IMG/VR virus record: IMGVR_UViG_3300005077_000002 | Location: 128,001-188,693 of that record | From: a virus | Taxonomy: Duplodnaviria; Heunggongvirae; Uroviricota; Caudoviricetes | Length of the DNA: 60,693 bases | Strand: one strand, 5' to 3' | Part shown: positions 19,806 to 30,154 of the stretch, in pieces | Position numbering within the stretch: the first letter of the stretch is position 1 | Layout of the letters: each line of letters starts with the position of its first letter | Notes under the pieces: model-generated | Told to the model about the DNA's origin: nothing | What the model saw: only the letters and a program-made list of their open reading frames with translations | Database searches by the model: none | Position numbers and translations under genes: made by a program

Positions 19806-20351
19806 TTACTCCGTAAACAAATATCTCATGACTGTACCATTGATTTGCATGATAGTCTTTTGAAAACTGCTGGATATCATATTTCGAATAACCAAAGGAT
19901 CTGTGGATACACCATTGTATATGGACATAAAAGGTTCAAGGCCAAGAACAGTATCAACTGGTGTTACAAGGTGTATTGCAATATTTTTGAAATTACTTCT
20001 GAACTGATTACGATCTAGCGGACTATGTAATACCTGTTCTTCAAAATTACGCTGGCGAATAGAGTGTACCTGCCTGGCATTATCCATCTTGGTTGGATTT
20101 GCTATTACAGGTATTAGAAAATACTCCATATATTTGCCGCCAGTTCGATAGATTTCGATTGATGGATTTAATCGTACATCACTGATCTGTGTCAATGTTA
20201 GTGCTTTATACTCCGGGGTGTACTTTACTTCACCAGTAACCAGACCAGGGTACTGAGCAATAACAGATGATTCCAGCGCAGCCGGATTCAAAACAAACAC
20301 AATGGGGTACGTTTTAACATTATATGTTATTTTATAACTTTCAACTGACAT
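19806..20351 (-). CDS. Hypothetical tail-region protein
   Basis: 181-aa ORF tightly packed in the operon. Confidence 0.6.
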   Translation of the reverse strand: MSVESYKITYNVKTYPIVFVLNPAALESSVIAQYPGLVTGEVKYTPEYKALTLTQISDVRLNPSIEIYRTGGKYMEYFLIPVIANPTKMDNARQVHSIRQRNFEEQVLHSPLDRNQFRSNFKNIAIHLVTPVDTVLGLEPFMSIYNGVSTDPLVIRNMISSSFQKTIMQINGTVMRYLFTE

Positions 20352-20354
20352 CTG

Positions 20355-21221
20355 CTAAGTCCTTATGGCTTCAACATATTTTGATATAAATGAGTAACTC
20401 TCACCTAATGGTTCACCGGAAGGAGTTAGTACCTGCTGCATATTTCCGATCTGCACATTGTGCATAATATATCCAGTTGTATAATTACCATCCTGGCCAG
20501 TGTACACAAGTTTTAGGGTAAGGGGCACAGGCAAAATTGCATTTTGATTAGTAATGTTAAAATTAATCTTATCCTTGGACGATATACCATCCTGATTTGT
20601 AATTATGGTATGTTGGTTGAATTGATTTGAGGTACTCTTGCCTTTAGCATATTCAAGGTAATGCTGTTGTAATTGAAATGTACCTTTAACATTCAGGGTA
20701 AAGCTGCCTTGAGCCAATAATGTTCCGGAAGCAATATCATCACTATACAGAGATTTATACCCGTACAGTGGCATCTTCAACTGGCTCATTGTGACATTAA
20801 CGGTTACAGCATCCAACTCAATGGACTCATCATTAACATTTGGTGTTATAAGTAATAACCTGGCATTAACTCCACTCAGGGGTGTGTATATTTTTGGTAA
20901 TGCCTGAATAGGTACAAAATTATTAAGAATGGATGGTGTAATCTGGTTTGGTATGTATTGCGATCTGTAAATACTCCAAGTAACTAATTGCTCATCAGGT
21001 TTATAAGGATACAGTGTATCTAATGAGATAGAATAATTAGTGGTATTAAGATATGAGTCGTCAATCGTAAAACTACCATGCGCATCAGTGCGTGTATTAA
21101 GCACCGGAATGTTGTTTGGCTTATTACTAACAATTACATTAATACCCGATGCATTAGTTCGCTTTATACCGTCTTTATTGTCAGCATCAATATATTCAAC
21201 AAAACACACTATTAATGACAC
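20355..21221 (-). CDS. Tail-tube-fold baseplate/hub protein with N-terminal beta-sandwich extension
   Basis: KMPLYGYKS...GTLLAQGSFTLN...ESYSFISK parallels the tube motifs. Confidence 0.55.
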   Translation of the reverse strand: MSLIVCFVEYIDADNKDGIKRTNASGINVIVSNKPNNIPVLNTRTDAHGSFTIDDSYLNTTNYSISLDTLYPYKPDEQLVTWSIYRSQYIPNQITPSILNNFVPIQALPKIYTPLSGVNARLLLITPNVNDESIELDAVTVNVTMSQLKMPLYGYKSLYSDDIASGTLLAQGSFTLNVKGTFQLQQHYLEYAKGKSTSNQFNQHTIITNQDGISSKDKINFNITNQNAILPVPLTLKLVYTGQDGNYTTGYIMHNVQIGNMQQVLTPSGEPLGESYSFISKYVEAIRT

Positions 21222-21223
21222 AG

Positions 21224-21655
21224 TTAAATCTCTTTGTGTATCGTAGTTGAGTTATACCTTGGATCATCCAGGCTGTTTGGGTTCAACAATCTGGACGGTG
21301 GAACAGGGTTTCTATTGGCATGTTGGATACTATTATCCGGCCGGCCTTCAACCTGTATAGTAGCGCTGTACTCTCTTATTGTGTTCGGGTTTATGGTATC
21401 TACACTGGCAGACAGTTTAACTGTTGCACTGGATGCAATAGTTGCTGCAGCGGTTAGTCCATGACCGGTGTTAACATTGGCATCAGCATTCGATATAATG
21501 GAAAGATTGTTAGTGACCGCAAAATCAATATTGGCCGTAGCTTGCGAAGTCGAAACAATGTTCACTGCGCCGGCTAACCTAACTGGTAAAGCACCGCCTG
21601 GTACGGATTCTGCGGTTACAACAAAACCGCCGGTGGTTAATGAAGTTAAATCCAT
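21224..21655 (-). CDS. Hypothetical structural protein (Ala/Thr-rich)
   Basis: 143-aa ORF, translationally coupled to its upstream neighbour. Confidence 0.55.
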   Translation of the reverse strand: MDLTSLTTGGFVVTAESVPGGALPVRLAGAVNIVSTSQATANIDFAVTNNLSIISNADANVNTGHGLTAAATIASSATVKLSASVDTINPNTIREYSATIQVEGRPDNSIQHANRNPVPPSRLLNPNSLDDPRYNSTTIHKEI

Positions 21656-22371
21656 TATACTCTTACCGATCTGTAGTCAGAAAGCAAGTCACCTATATAC
21701 TCAGATGTGACATTTAACTGGGCAATCGGGTCTATATCATTGTTACAATCCTCAGCACTGGCGTAGACTTTAATCAAAGCAGATACTGGTTTGCCGGCTG
21801 AATGCACGATATTTGTCATACGATAGTTATGTTTCATCAATCCTATCATAATTGGTATCATATCCGTCTGACTCTGTATATCAATTGCTCTGGCATCAGA
21901 TGCCCTGGTAGATATGGCAAGGTCTATACGAGCTAACTCAGTTGTCAGTTCAGATCTTACTGCTGCGGCTATTTCAGCCGGAGTTGCACCAGCACCGCCA
22001 GCCGTGTTTACTGTAATAGCTTGTACCGGTTGCTGGTAATTTATTCTTACAATAAAGTTCCCAATCGTATTAACAAACGGGTCGCCGCCGCCACTTACTA
22101 GCACAACACCACCGCTGACAGACAATGTATGGTTAGCTTCCTGTGGCTTAATGCGCCAGCCATTCAACAAAAAAGCATAGCATGGCACAGCCGTACCAGC
22201 AGTTAGATCAATATCATCACCACCTACAACAGCGAAAGCAGGGTCATACTTCATATTATCATCTTCGCGTACCCAATCCTTCCAGCGGCTGTACAAATCA
22301 ACCACGTTGAGTGTAACAGTTCCGCTGGAAAGATTAATACGCTTTGCTGCTGCATCGAAGGAAATAGCCAT
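21655..22371 (-). CDS. Virion structural / fibre-associated protein
   Basis: 238 aa, beta-rich N-terminus (VDLYSRWKDW...LLNGWRI), in the fibre cluster. Confidence 0.55.
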   Translation of the reverse strand: MAISFDAAAKRINLSSGTVTLNVVDLYSRWKDWVREDDNMKYDPAFAVVGGDDIDLTAGTAVPCYAFLLNGWRIKPQEANHTLSVSGGVVLVSGGGDPFVNTIGNFIVRINYQQPVQAITVNTAGGAGATPAEIAAAVRSELTTELARIDLAISTRASDARAIDIQSQTDMIPIMIGLMKHNYRMTNIVHSAGKPVSALIKVYASAEDCNNDIDPIAQLNVTSEYIGDLLSDYRSVRV

Positions 22372-22380
22372 TGATGCCCC

Positions 22381-23808
22381 TTATGCCTGGTAGTTCCTTT
22401 CAAGAGCTGCAGCAAGACCTGTTGATCCGGAAAGAGTAGCGCCTGATATGGTTCCGGTTCCAACCACAAACTGACCGCTGGAAAGACCCAGGGCAACGGC
22501 TGTAAACGGAACGTCTTCACCTTCAGACCCTGCGCCACGCTGGACGTTGTTATCAAAATCGTAAGATAGTTCGATCGAGGACTGTCCGCTTATCGATCCG
22601 GCCATATCACCGGCAGCGCCCATCTGGTCTATGGTTATGGCGTTTGCCGTACCGTAGTCATATCCCAGGTTACTCCCGGCATCATCATTGGTGAAGAATA
22701 CACGGTAAATAGCGTCAGGATCATTCTTCAGGTTGTCGCCAATCTGCAGTGTTAATGTGGCAGCGCGGGCATTGGTATACTGCGTGCCGTTGTCGGCCAT
22801 GTAATGCAGATAGTTATTGTCAGAAACCTTTGTGTCGTCAATATACACACCACCAGTTGAGTCAAGGCGTGTGTAAAGATCAGAGCCTACGAAGTAAAGT
22901 AACTCGTTGGTCAGATTTCCAATTTTGCTTCCAGCTCCTGCATCAATATCAATTGTCTGCCGGAGTGACCACTGCACAAATTCATAAATCTGTTGCAGTG
23001 TACCCTGGTTGCCGTCTATAATAACATGGAAATCCCTTGAAACGCCATTTACTGTTCTGGCCTGCGCTGTGCCGTACCACGTAATACTCATACCGGAATA
23101 CGGTGCCACATCAGCAGCGCCATTGGAATCAGCATCAATACCGATATCTTCTACAGATATTTTAGAATCATCTGCGTCTGATAACGGAAAACGATACACC
23201 TGATACGAAAGAGCCGTAACACCGATGTCACTCAATTGGGACGTAGCATAAGTGTTGCCCTGTTCACGCAAGAACAGTTTCAAGTATGCACCATAATCGA
23301 AATCCGGGGTGCCATCACCGTTGTCATCGCGGTAATACTGCACAGCCTGATTAACAGCGCCAGTCAGATTGAAATCATGCGCCGTATCACCGGCAGACTG
23401 CGTAAAATAAACCTGTCCACCAGTTTGAACAGAACCCAGTGTAATAACACCGCACCATCTTTCGGTTACATTTCCGGACGTATTCTTTACAGCCCATCCA
23501 CCAGTACGAATAAGATTTGGTGTATAATCTGAGCCGCTTCCGGTCTTATCAAGATTCCAGCCATCTTTAAATTCGTACTGTTCATCGGTAATAGGGGTCA
23601 TTGGAAACGGATATTTCATAGCCGAGGATTCTGCCAACCAGACATCCTTTAACTTTGAATACACTGCTTTAAGTGTAATTCCATCGCCTGACAGAGCACC
23701 AACGCGCACCAATTTGATCTTTTTGTTTGATAAATCAACAAACATCTCGGTTGTTCCCGTAGACGTTAACTCATACTGAATATCATCAGGATCTGTGATA
23801 AGAGCCAT
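22381..23808 (-). CDS. Virion structural / fibre-associated protein
   Basis: 475 aa, Gly/Asp/Thr-rich. C-terminus ERNYQA resembles DRNYHA at the end of the 1311-aa protein. Confidence 0.6.
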   Translation of the reverse strand: MALITDPDDIQYELTSTGTTEMFVDLSNKKIKLVRVGALSGDGITLKAVYSKLKDVWLAESSAMKYPFPMTPITDEQYEFKDGWNLDKTGSGSDYTPNLIRTGGWAVKNTSGNVTERWCGVITLGSVQTGGQVYFTQSAGDTAHDFNLTGAVNQAVQYYRDDNGDGTPDFDYGAYLKLFLREQGNTYATSQLSDIGVTALSYQVYRFPLSDADDSKISVEDIGIDADSNGAADVAPYSGMSITWYGTAQARTVNGVSRDFHVIIDGNQGTLQQIYEFVQWSLRQTIDIDAGAGSKIGNLTNELLYFVGSDLYTRLDSTGGVYIDDTKVSDNNYLHYMADNGTQYTNARAATLTLQIGDNLKNDPDAIYRVFFTNDDAGSNLGYDYGTANAITIDQMGAAGDMAGSISGQSSIELSYDFDNNVQRGAGSEGEDVPFTAVALGLSSGQFVVGTGTISGATLSGSTGLAAALERNYQA

Positions 23809-23811
23809 AAT

Positions 23812-23994
23812 CTATTCTCCCCTTGCTACTATTATATAATTCTGATTCGATAAAAACACATCTCCGGAATCAATCCGGATACTGTCAACAACAAAAACAA
23901 ATCCTGATCTCAGATTAATGCTATCGCCAACAGAAGGCATAGAAATTTCTTGTCCGAGATTCTTGTGGTCAGTCGTTTCAATAATTCTAAGCAT
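23812..23994 (-). CDS. Small hypothetical protein
   Basis: 60-aa ORF filling the gap between two fibre genes; overlaps the upstream stop. Confidence 0.5.
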   Translation of the reverse strand: MLRIIETTDHKNLGQEISMPSVGDSINLRSGFVFVVDSIRIDSGDVFLSNQNYIIVARGE

Positions 23995-26900
23995 GGTAAT
24001 TCCTGTCTAATACTTGTGAAACAGGTAACTCAATATTACTCTCAGAATATGTGTACAACATATAGTATTCTTGAAATCCGGTCGCCATTATGCGGATATA
24101 TCCATTTACACCACCGCTACTGTGCGTTAGGACGAATGATGTACCGGACGATTCCACTCCGCCGATTTCAACAGCAGTGGCTGGATCAGTGCCGGTATAA
24201 CATCTTACTTCGCTGCCGGCCTGCAATCCGGTAATGGTTAGCGTGTTGGTGTCAAGCACATACAAGTTCGACGACTGAGCCACAGCCGTTGTTACCGTAT
24301 CAAATCGAAGATATGTAATCGCCGTGGTGTTGGTGGTTGTCGTCGTAATGCGCACCTTCATCTTAAACCCGACAGACGGGTCAATGACTTCGGCGGACAG
24401 GTTCGCACCGCTGGCGGTTTGCCACGTTCCACTATATCCTGATCCGGTATCGATCTGGTATTCAATCGTGTAATTGCCGATAGTGCCGCCGGACATAGTA
24501 GGTGTAGAATTTCTGAAACCGGTGTGTCCTTTTCTGAACACTCTGTCTTCCCATATGGCCTGGTTACCTATTACACCCATCAAAATGCCACCAGCGGAAT
24601 TAAATTTTTGATTACCGGATACCATTGTGAAATATTGCGTGGTTTCAGCAGTTGGTTCATTACAGGCAAGAATAAATCGGCCACTAACATCACTTAGAAA
24701 CATATCCCTAAAATGTGTGCCGTATACGGATGCCTGTCCGGTTGTAGTTGTGTTTGTAACACGGCAGCCCTTGATAATAGAATTAAGCCCGGCGTCTACT
24801 TGCGCAAATACCGCCATGGCGCTCATTACATACATCCCGCCGCGAATAGATTCATAAGTCATATTCTTGTCGGAATTGATGGTCGTGAATCCACCGCTTC
24901 GCGCATTGTTATCCACATATATTCGCTGAACTTTTACTGTATTATTATTGCCGCCAGTAACATGACTGGTAGCCAGGGCATACAAATTGGGACGCCATGT
25001 GCCACAGGCCAGCGGCGCTGCATAAGTACCCGCATTTCTAAGTTTTACATTAAGAGCTGCAGCAGAATAGAATATTCCGATGTATGGATGCACATTTGGT
25101 ACTTCTCCGCCAAATCCAAAGGTAATACCATCTGCAACAATATTTGAACACCCGGCACCGATATTGATGGCATAGTATGTTGTCGTGGAGTTTGTGTAGC
25201 CAATATATCTGTCCACGTGATCATGATCATTTATAGATATATTAAGACTTTGAATAAGCGGTAAATCAGAATTAAAACTACGGCAATTATTAAACGTAAG
25301 GCCATTACAGTACGAAACATACAATCCCTTACCGTTAGTTCTGGCAAATTGTATAATACCACCCGTTACATTTGTAAATTCAATATCTTTACAATATGAT
25401 ATGTTTACGGCATGGTCGGAGGATCCTGGCGTATTACCTCTCTGAAACTTACAATCTTCAACGGTGCCCCCAGCAGAATTAGATGTAAGAAGTAGTGATA
25501 CAGCATCAAGTCCACCGAACATGGATGTATGCGTATCAAGTAGATTGATGGCCGTGGCACATTCTGTTAATACGATACTATCATATGTGCAGGAATGATG
25601 CAATTTTGCTGCATACGATTGCGCAAAATTCATATACCAACCGGAGTAAGCATACTCAATATCGATAGCTCCGGCATTAGTGACAGCCCATTCAGGGCGG
25701 CTCGCTATGGTAGGATTAACCTGATTTACGGATCGCGTTGTTGTGGCGCATTCGCGCAGAAACACATTCGGAATCCTTACCTTGCAACCAGATCGAACAA
25801 TATCACCACCATTATAATCCGTATGGGTGATGTATTGGGTGTAAGAATATTCATCGCTGGTGATAGGCGTGTACAACCTGTTATACCCGGTATCGTAGTA
25901 TGCGTTATCATTCCAGATCTCGAGACGCATGTTCCCGGAAGGCATGGTGCCTGTATAGCTTGAAACAAGATTTCCATCAATATAGAATTGCGCCCCGGTG
26001 GACAGCCGCCTTACTTCAAAACGATGCCAATCAGTAAGACTGTATCCGGATATCGCTTCATTATGTACAAGAACGGCATCTATAATAACCTGCGCCCGCA
26101 ACCCGCGTAGTTCAGAAGGATTAAGATCACTGGCGGCCCAAAACCACACACAGTCAGACAATGGCTGAACGGCATTCCACATACCGCATCCCCATGTACC
26201 TGATGGCATAGCCTGGCTAAACTTCGTCATGAATATAGCGACATCATCACCATCGTGAACAATTTGATCTTCATGGAACGATGAATCGTGATAACCACTC
26301 GATGCCGGCGCTTCAATACCATTTTGTAATAAATGGCCATAAGTGCCATCACTAACCGGACAGTTATAAAACGTGCTTCCTGCATAATACGTCCATTCCC
26401 ACAGATTAGACTGCCAGCGGAAATGATCCGTCCAGTTCGCATCCGGGAATATCTGGTCAGATGGATTTGACACAAGACCAACCGGAACGTTTCCAATTGT
26501 TTGTCTTATGGTGACGTTTCCGGAATCAGCAGCGCCATTATTATTGGCTATAATTCTGAACGTGTTGGCATTCGGTACTTCTATAATAGTATAAATTCCA
26601 TCAACGCCAGCGCCGGAAGTAAAATCAAGATAGACCCTGTTGCCCACAGCAAGTCCATGAGCTGTATACGTTATCTCGTATCTGGAATGTACAGAAACAT
26701 TACCTGATGTAACTGTAACTGCAGTTGGGTATTTTAAAAGGTACGCATTGGCTGAAGTTACGGCATATATTTCATAGTCCCCATCCACGCCGTCGCCAGA
26801 CGTAAAATCACAGTAGACCGTATCACCCACACCAAGTTTATGAGCTGTAAATGTTATGGTAAGCCCAGGACGCACCGTTACATTGCCGGCGGTTCCACTT

Positions 26901-27922
26901 CCAGTCAATGGAACTGTGTACGTGAATGCATCGATTACGGTAACTGTGTATAGCCCATCATAAGACGTAGCGCCTCCGGACGTAAAATCAAGCCCAACCT
27001 GTTGCCCGGTTTTTAACAAATGTCCGGTGTTGTATGTAATGGTAACTAAATTGTTGGCCCACGTATAAGTTGAAGAATGTGCTATAATAGCGTAAGTAGA
27101 TGCCTGTACCTCAACATTGGCATATGTGGCTGAAAGATTTGACGCTTCACCTATTTGTATTTGACCGGAGCCAATATCTTTTACAAAGTTTTGTCTTTGG
27201 TCGGTTTCTCCGTATGCGCCGCCGATATGTTGCCGTGCCCACCCATTAGTCGCACCATTAAGAGAAGGCCAATATTCGTATTCATTGGAGCCTGGACTTG
27301 TTTCTATCCAAACACCTGCAGCCCGAGTACCAGATCCACCACCATTAGTTGGTATCTGGATAACCTGGCCAACCAAGCCATTGGTATCGTCCAGGTAAAA
27401 CCAGTCCCCGCGTATTTCGTGCTCACCAAGTCTTGGCACAGTAATAGTTGATGCCGCGTCAGCAACAATTTCTATCCATCCTGCAACATCGGCATCTGTG
27501 GCTTCAGCGCCTATTCCGGTTAATGCGCCGGGCACGAATGATCCGGATACTTCACGAAATTTAATGAATCCGGTAGTTGGCATTGCAGCGCCGACTGCCG
27601 TAGGAGCTGCAGTAAATGATGAATACACCCCAAGCAAATAACTTGATGTTACGCCGGACTGCGTTATAGATGTGCCTATGCCTGGAACGGTGCCGGTACC
27701 GGACTGAAATGATAACCAGCGAACATTAGATCCGTCATAAACTATTTTACCTTCATTGATAGCCTGTGACCCGAAAGATCCCAACATGGATGCCGGGGCA
27801 TTTGCGTGCCATCGGTTGTCCGTGCGAACGGTAAACGTAGCTCCGGAGTTTATCGTCCAGGCTTCACCTGCTGTACGAGTTACCCCACCATCGAGATATG
27901 TGTTAGTAGTAATTGTTGCCAT
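23987..27922 (-). CDS. Tail fibre / receptor-binding protein (1311 aa) with three internal repeats, a lectin-like module and a beta-helix-like region
   Basis: Thr/Gly-rich. Three TITxxxHxLxxGxxVxxDFTSG repeats and a WHRFEV...FYIDGNLV ConA/LamG-like segment. Confidence 0.65.
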   Translation of the reverse strand: MATITTNTYLDGGVTRTAGEAWTINSGATFTVRTDNRWHANAPASMLGSFGSQAINEGKIVYDGSNVRWLSFQSGTGTVPGIGTSITQSGVTSSYLLGVYSSFTAAPTAVGAAMPTTGFIKFREVSGSFVPGALTGIGAEATDADVAGWIEIVADAASTITVPRLGEHEIRGDWFYLDDTNGLVGQVIQIPTNGGGSGTRAAGVWIETSPGSNEYEYWPSLNGATNGWARQHIGGAYGETDQRQNFVKDIGSGQIQIGEASNLSATYANVEVQASTYAIIAHSSTYTWANNLVTITYNTGHLLKTGQQVGLDFTSGGATSYDGLYTVTVIDAFTYTVPLTGSGTAGNVTVRPGLTITFTAHKLGVGDTVYCDFTSGDGVDGDYEIYAVTSANAYLLKYPTAVTVTSGNVSVHSRYEITYTAHGLAVGNRVYLDFTSGAGVDGIYTIIEVPNANTFRIIANNNGAADSGNVTIRQTIGNVPVGLVSNPSDQIFPDANWTDHFRWQSNLWEWTYYAGSTFYNCPVSDGTYGHLLQNGIEAPASSGYHDSSFHEDQIVHDGDDVAIFMTKFSQAMPSGTWGCGMWNAVQPLSDCVWFWAASDLNPSELRGLRAQVIIDAVLVHNEAISGYSLTDWHRFEVRRLSTGAQFYIDGNLVSSYTGTMPSGNMRLEIWNDNAYYDTGYNRLYTPITSDEYSYTQYITHTDYNGGDIVRSGCKVRIPNVFLRECATTTRSVNQVNPTIASRPEWAVTNAGAIDIEYAYSGWYMNFAQSYAAKLHHSCTYDSIVLTECATAINLLDTHTSMFGGLDAVSLLLTSNSAGGTVEDCKFQRGNTPGSSDHAVNISYCKDIEFTNVTGGIIQFARTNGKGLYVSYCNGLTFNNCRSFNSDLPLIQSLNISINDHDHVDRYIGYTNSTTTYYAINIGAGCSNIVADGITFGFGGEVPNVHPYIGIFYSAAALNVKLRNAGTYAAPLACGTWRPNLYALATSHVTGGNNNTVKVQRIYVDNNARSGGFTTINSDKNMTYESIRGGMYVMSAMAVFAQVDAGLNSIIKGCRVTNTTTTGQASVYGTHFRDMFLSDVSGRFILACNEPTAETTQYFTMVSGNQKFNSAGGILMGVIGNQAIWEDRVFRKGHTGFRNSTPTMSGGTIGNYTIEYQIDTGSGYSGTWQTASGANLSAEVIDPSVGFKMKVRITTTTTNTTAITYLRFDTVTTAVAQSSNLYVLDTNTLTITGLQAGSEVRCYTGTDPATAVEIGGVESSGTSFVLTHSSGGVNGYIRIMATGFQEYYMLYTYSESNIELPVSQVLDRNYHA

Positions 27923-27925
27923 ATA

Positions 27926-28708
27926 CTATCCGCAAGTTATCTGTAAATCGCCTGAATCATAAGCGAGAGCGTCTCCGCTAACAGGCGCTTCAGGACTACT
28001 GAATTGTGAGTATACGAGCAGATTGCCACCTGATGTGGCATCAGTTAGAAACTGATGGGTAAGCGTGCCCCAACTGCCGGTGAGACTTGGAAATGTTATT
28101 GATCCGGAATTTACGGTAACACCATTGATGGCCGCACTCCATGCATTATGGACTATGCGGCTGTAACCATTACCGGATGGTTCTACCAGGCCTGCTCCGG
28201 TATCACCAGGATTGGATGTACTTAATCCTGCATAAATATTAACTGGCGGTGTATAGTCTTCAACTTTGAATACATGCCTTAAAATGGAATTAGCGAGATA
28301 TGTGGATATGGCTCCTGTTGGAAAACTTATTACAATGGCCCCGGAATTTATTCTGGTTGTCTGCCCTGCTGCTATTACTCTTTGAGTTTGAAGCGATCCA
28401 TAGGCCAGCATATTGCCACCTGTCAGCGCATCAAACAAAGCAAAGTGTGTGATCGTGCCCCAACTCGATGTAGCTTTACTGAATATCAATTGATTAGTAT
28501 TTGCCGTCTGACGGTTGGTTGCATAATTCCATACATTGCATAATACCCTGGCATAGCTTACGGCACTAGGTTCTGTTATACCAGACCCGTCTTCAGTTGG
28601 ATCAGTTAATGACAGTGCGACGTAAATATTGGCCGGAGCAGTGAATTCAGCTGTTTTGAATATGTGGTCAAGAATACTGTTTTCAGCGTAATTGGAGAAT
28701 GAGCCCAT
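27926..28708 (-). CDS. Tail protein made of a tandem-duplicated ~130-aa domain
   Basis: SNYAENSILDHIFK...WGTITHFALFDALTGGNML repeats as STYLANSILRHVFK...WGTLTHQFLTDATSGGNLL. Confidence 0.7.
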   Translation of the reverse strand: MGSFSNYAENSILDHIFKTAEFTAPANIYVALSLTDPTEDGSGITEPSAVSYARVLCNVWNYATNRQTANTNQLIFSKATSSWGTITHFALFDALTGGNMLAYGSLQTQRVIAAGQTTRINSGAIVISFPTGAISTYLANSILRHVFKVEDYTPPVNIYAGLSTSNPGDTGAGLVEPSGNGYSRIVHNAWSAAINGVTVNSGSITFPSLTGSWGTLTHQFLTDATSGGNLLVYSQFSSPEAPVSGDALAYDSGDLQITCG

Positions 28709-28717
28709 ATAACCAAT

Positions 28718-29407
28718 CTATCTTACTGCCAGAAGATCTCGTGGATCTTCATGCTTTATATACACAGGACTTAAGTTGTCCATATACTGTTCCAGTCTAA
28801 CGGCCCCGGTATATTCAGTAATGGCTTTATTAAACTTAGCCGTCAAACTATTAGCACTTCCCATTGTAACTATATCGTCTTTGTCAATGGATATTGGTAT
28901 TTGTTCTAGTAAAGATATGTCCCTGGCTACGTATTGCATGGTTGTTTCGGTATAGGATTCTTCTGCACCAAAAACACCTCCTTCGTCAGATATATCTATA
29001 CCGGTAATACGTATGATGGAAAAGTCGGCGCCTTCACTTCTGAAAAACACAAGGATATCAAATGGCGGCAATTGGTCTGTTAAAATAGATAATGCAGGAT
29101 TATTAGAATCATTACTGTCATATTTGAAAAATTTAAATAACCTGCTTAATGCAGCCGACTGGAAATTCACAAAAACCAAAGAACCTGCTATGGTGCGAGC
29201 TCCTCTGGTGTAACCTACAGCATGCGTATGACCAAGTCTGCGTACAGGATATTTTTCACGGTGAACTGAATAACTTATTGTGTGCAGGTTGCCGAGCGAA
29301 ATAAAGGTACTACCATAGACAGCATAAGCATATCCGTCTATACCGGAATAGACATGCGGTCCAATGGTTGGATTTTCTGATCCCTGTACATTAAACGGGT
29401 GAAGCAT
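28718..29407 (-). CDS. Tail-tube-like protein (tube initiator candidate)
   Basis: YSGID...LHTISYSVHREKYPV...YTRGARTIAGSLVF...DQLPPFDI is a clear paralogue of the upstream tube gene. Confidence 0.7.
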   Translation of the reverse strand: MLHPFNVQGSENPTIGPHVYSGIDGYAYAVYGSTFISLGNLHTISYSVHREKYPVRRLGHTHAVGYTRGARTIAGSLVFVNFQSAALSRLFKFFKYDSNDSNNPALSILTDQLPPFDILVFFRSEGADFSIIRITGIDISDEGGVFGAEESYTETTMQYVARDISLLEQIPISIDKDDIVTMGSANSLTAKFNKAITEYTGAVRLEQYMDNLSPVYIKHEDPRDLLAVR

Positions 29408-29438
29408 GGCTCTGGCATTACCTGTTGTGAGTAGTTAA

Positions 29439-29468
29439 TAAAAATAAAGGCAGGGCCTAAGCCCCGCC
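29439..29468 (-). terminator. Intrinsic terminator after tail tube gene
   Basis: Minus strand GGCGGGGC-TTAG-GCCCTGCC-TTTATTTTT. Confidence 0.7.
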
Positions 29469-29477
29469 ATTATGTGA

Positions 29478-30098
29478 TTAGTACAGTGGTAAATCTTCTA
29501 CGTCTAATCCGTCTAAAGTAGTTACTTCTGCGGCTTTTCTATACATTGGTCTCCACCATTGTACCGAATGTGCCACAAATGTGAACTGCGATTCGGCGAC
29601 GTTATCATCCACGGAAATACCCTGGCCTTCTGATACCAGATGCACTGCAAAAATACGCATAACCATAGCGTTACCGAATTCGTTCATACCAACCAGAGTG
29701 ATATTGAACGGAGGAATCTGATCACTGTAGTTTGGGTGTAACGATTGTGACCCTAAATTAGTGGAGTCTCCAACTACGGCTACCAGCCCCTCTTCGTACT
29801 TATCAGCAACTTCGCTACTTTTGGCCGCGTAATATGCTTCCTTTTTAATTGTGAAAAACGCATCACGGTCAAAGGTTGTCATGACCATCGATCCTGCTAC
29901 ACCACGTTTGCCACGGCTATAGGAACGAACGTTAGGGCTGCCCATGGTAAACACCGGACGTACCTCACGGTTAACAGACAGGGAAATACCCTGCAGATTG
30001 CCAATTTCATAGTTTTCGAAATAGGCTTTGATGTCACATCCGGAGAATGTGGTCATCGTCGATGACAGATTGTCACCTTCATAGTATTTGAAAGACAT
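29478..30098 (-). CDS. Tail tube protein
   Basis: 206 aa downstream of the sheath; FSGCDIKA...LQGISLSVNREVRPVFTMG...SRGKRGVAGS...DQIPPFNI. Own promoter motif and terminator suggest high expression. Confidence 0.75.
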   Translation of the reverse strand: MSFKYYEGDNLSSTMTTFSGCDIKAYFENYEIGNLQGISLSVNREVRPVFTMGSPNVRSYSRGKRGVAGSMVMTTFDRDAFFTIKKEAYYAAKSSEVADKYEEGLVAVVGDSTNLGSQSLHPNYSDQIPPFNITLVGMNEFGNAMVMRIFAVHLVSEGQGISVDDNVAESQFTFVAHSVQWWRPMYRKAAEVTTLDGLDVEDLPLY

Positions 30099-30154
30099 GA
30101 TATAAGATCTCCATATGGAGTGAAACGGCTTCTCGTGGAAGTCTTAAATTTTGT

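Noticed and set aside
30121-30146. Terminator after the HD-GYP gene
   Set aside because: The stem is short and mismatched, and it lies downstream of the tube promoter motif, so it is more likely leader sequence.
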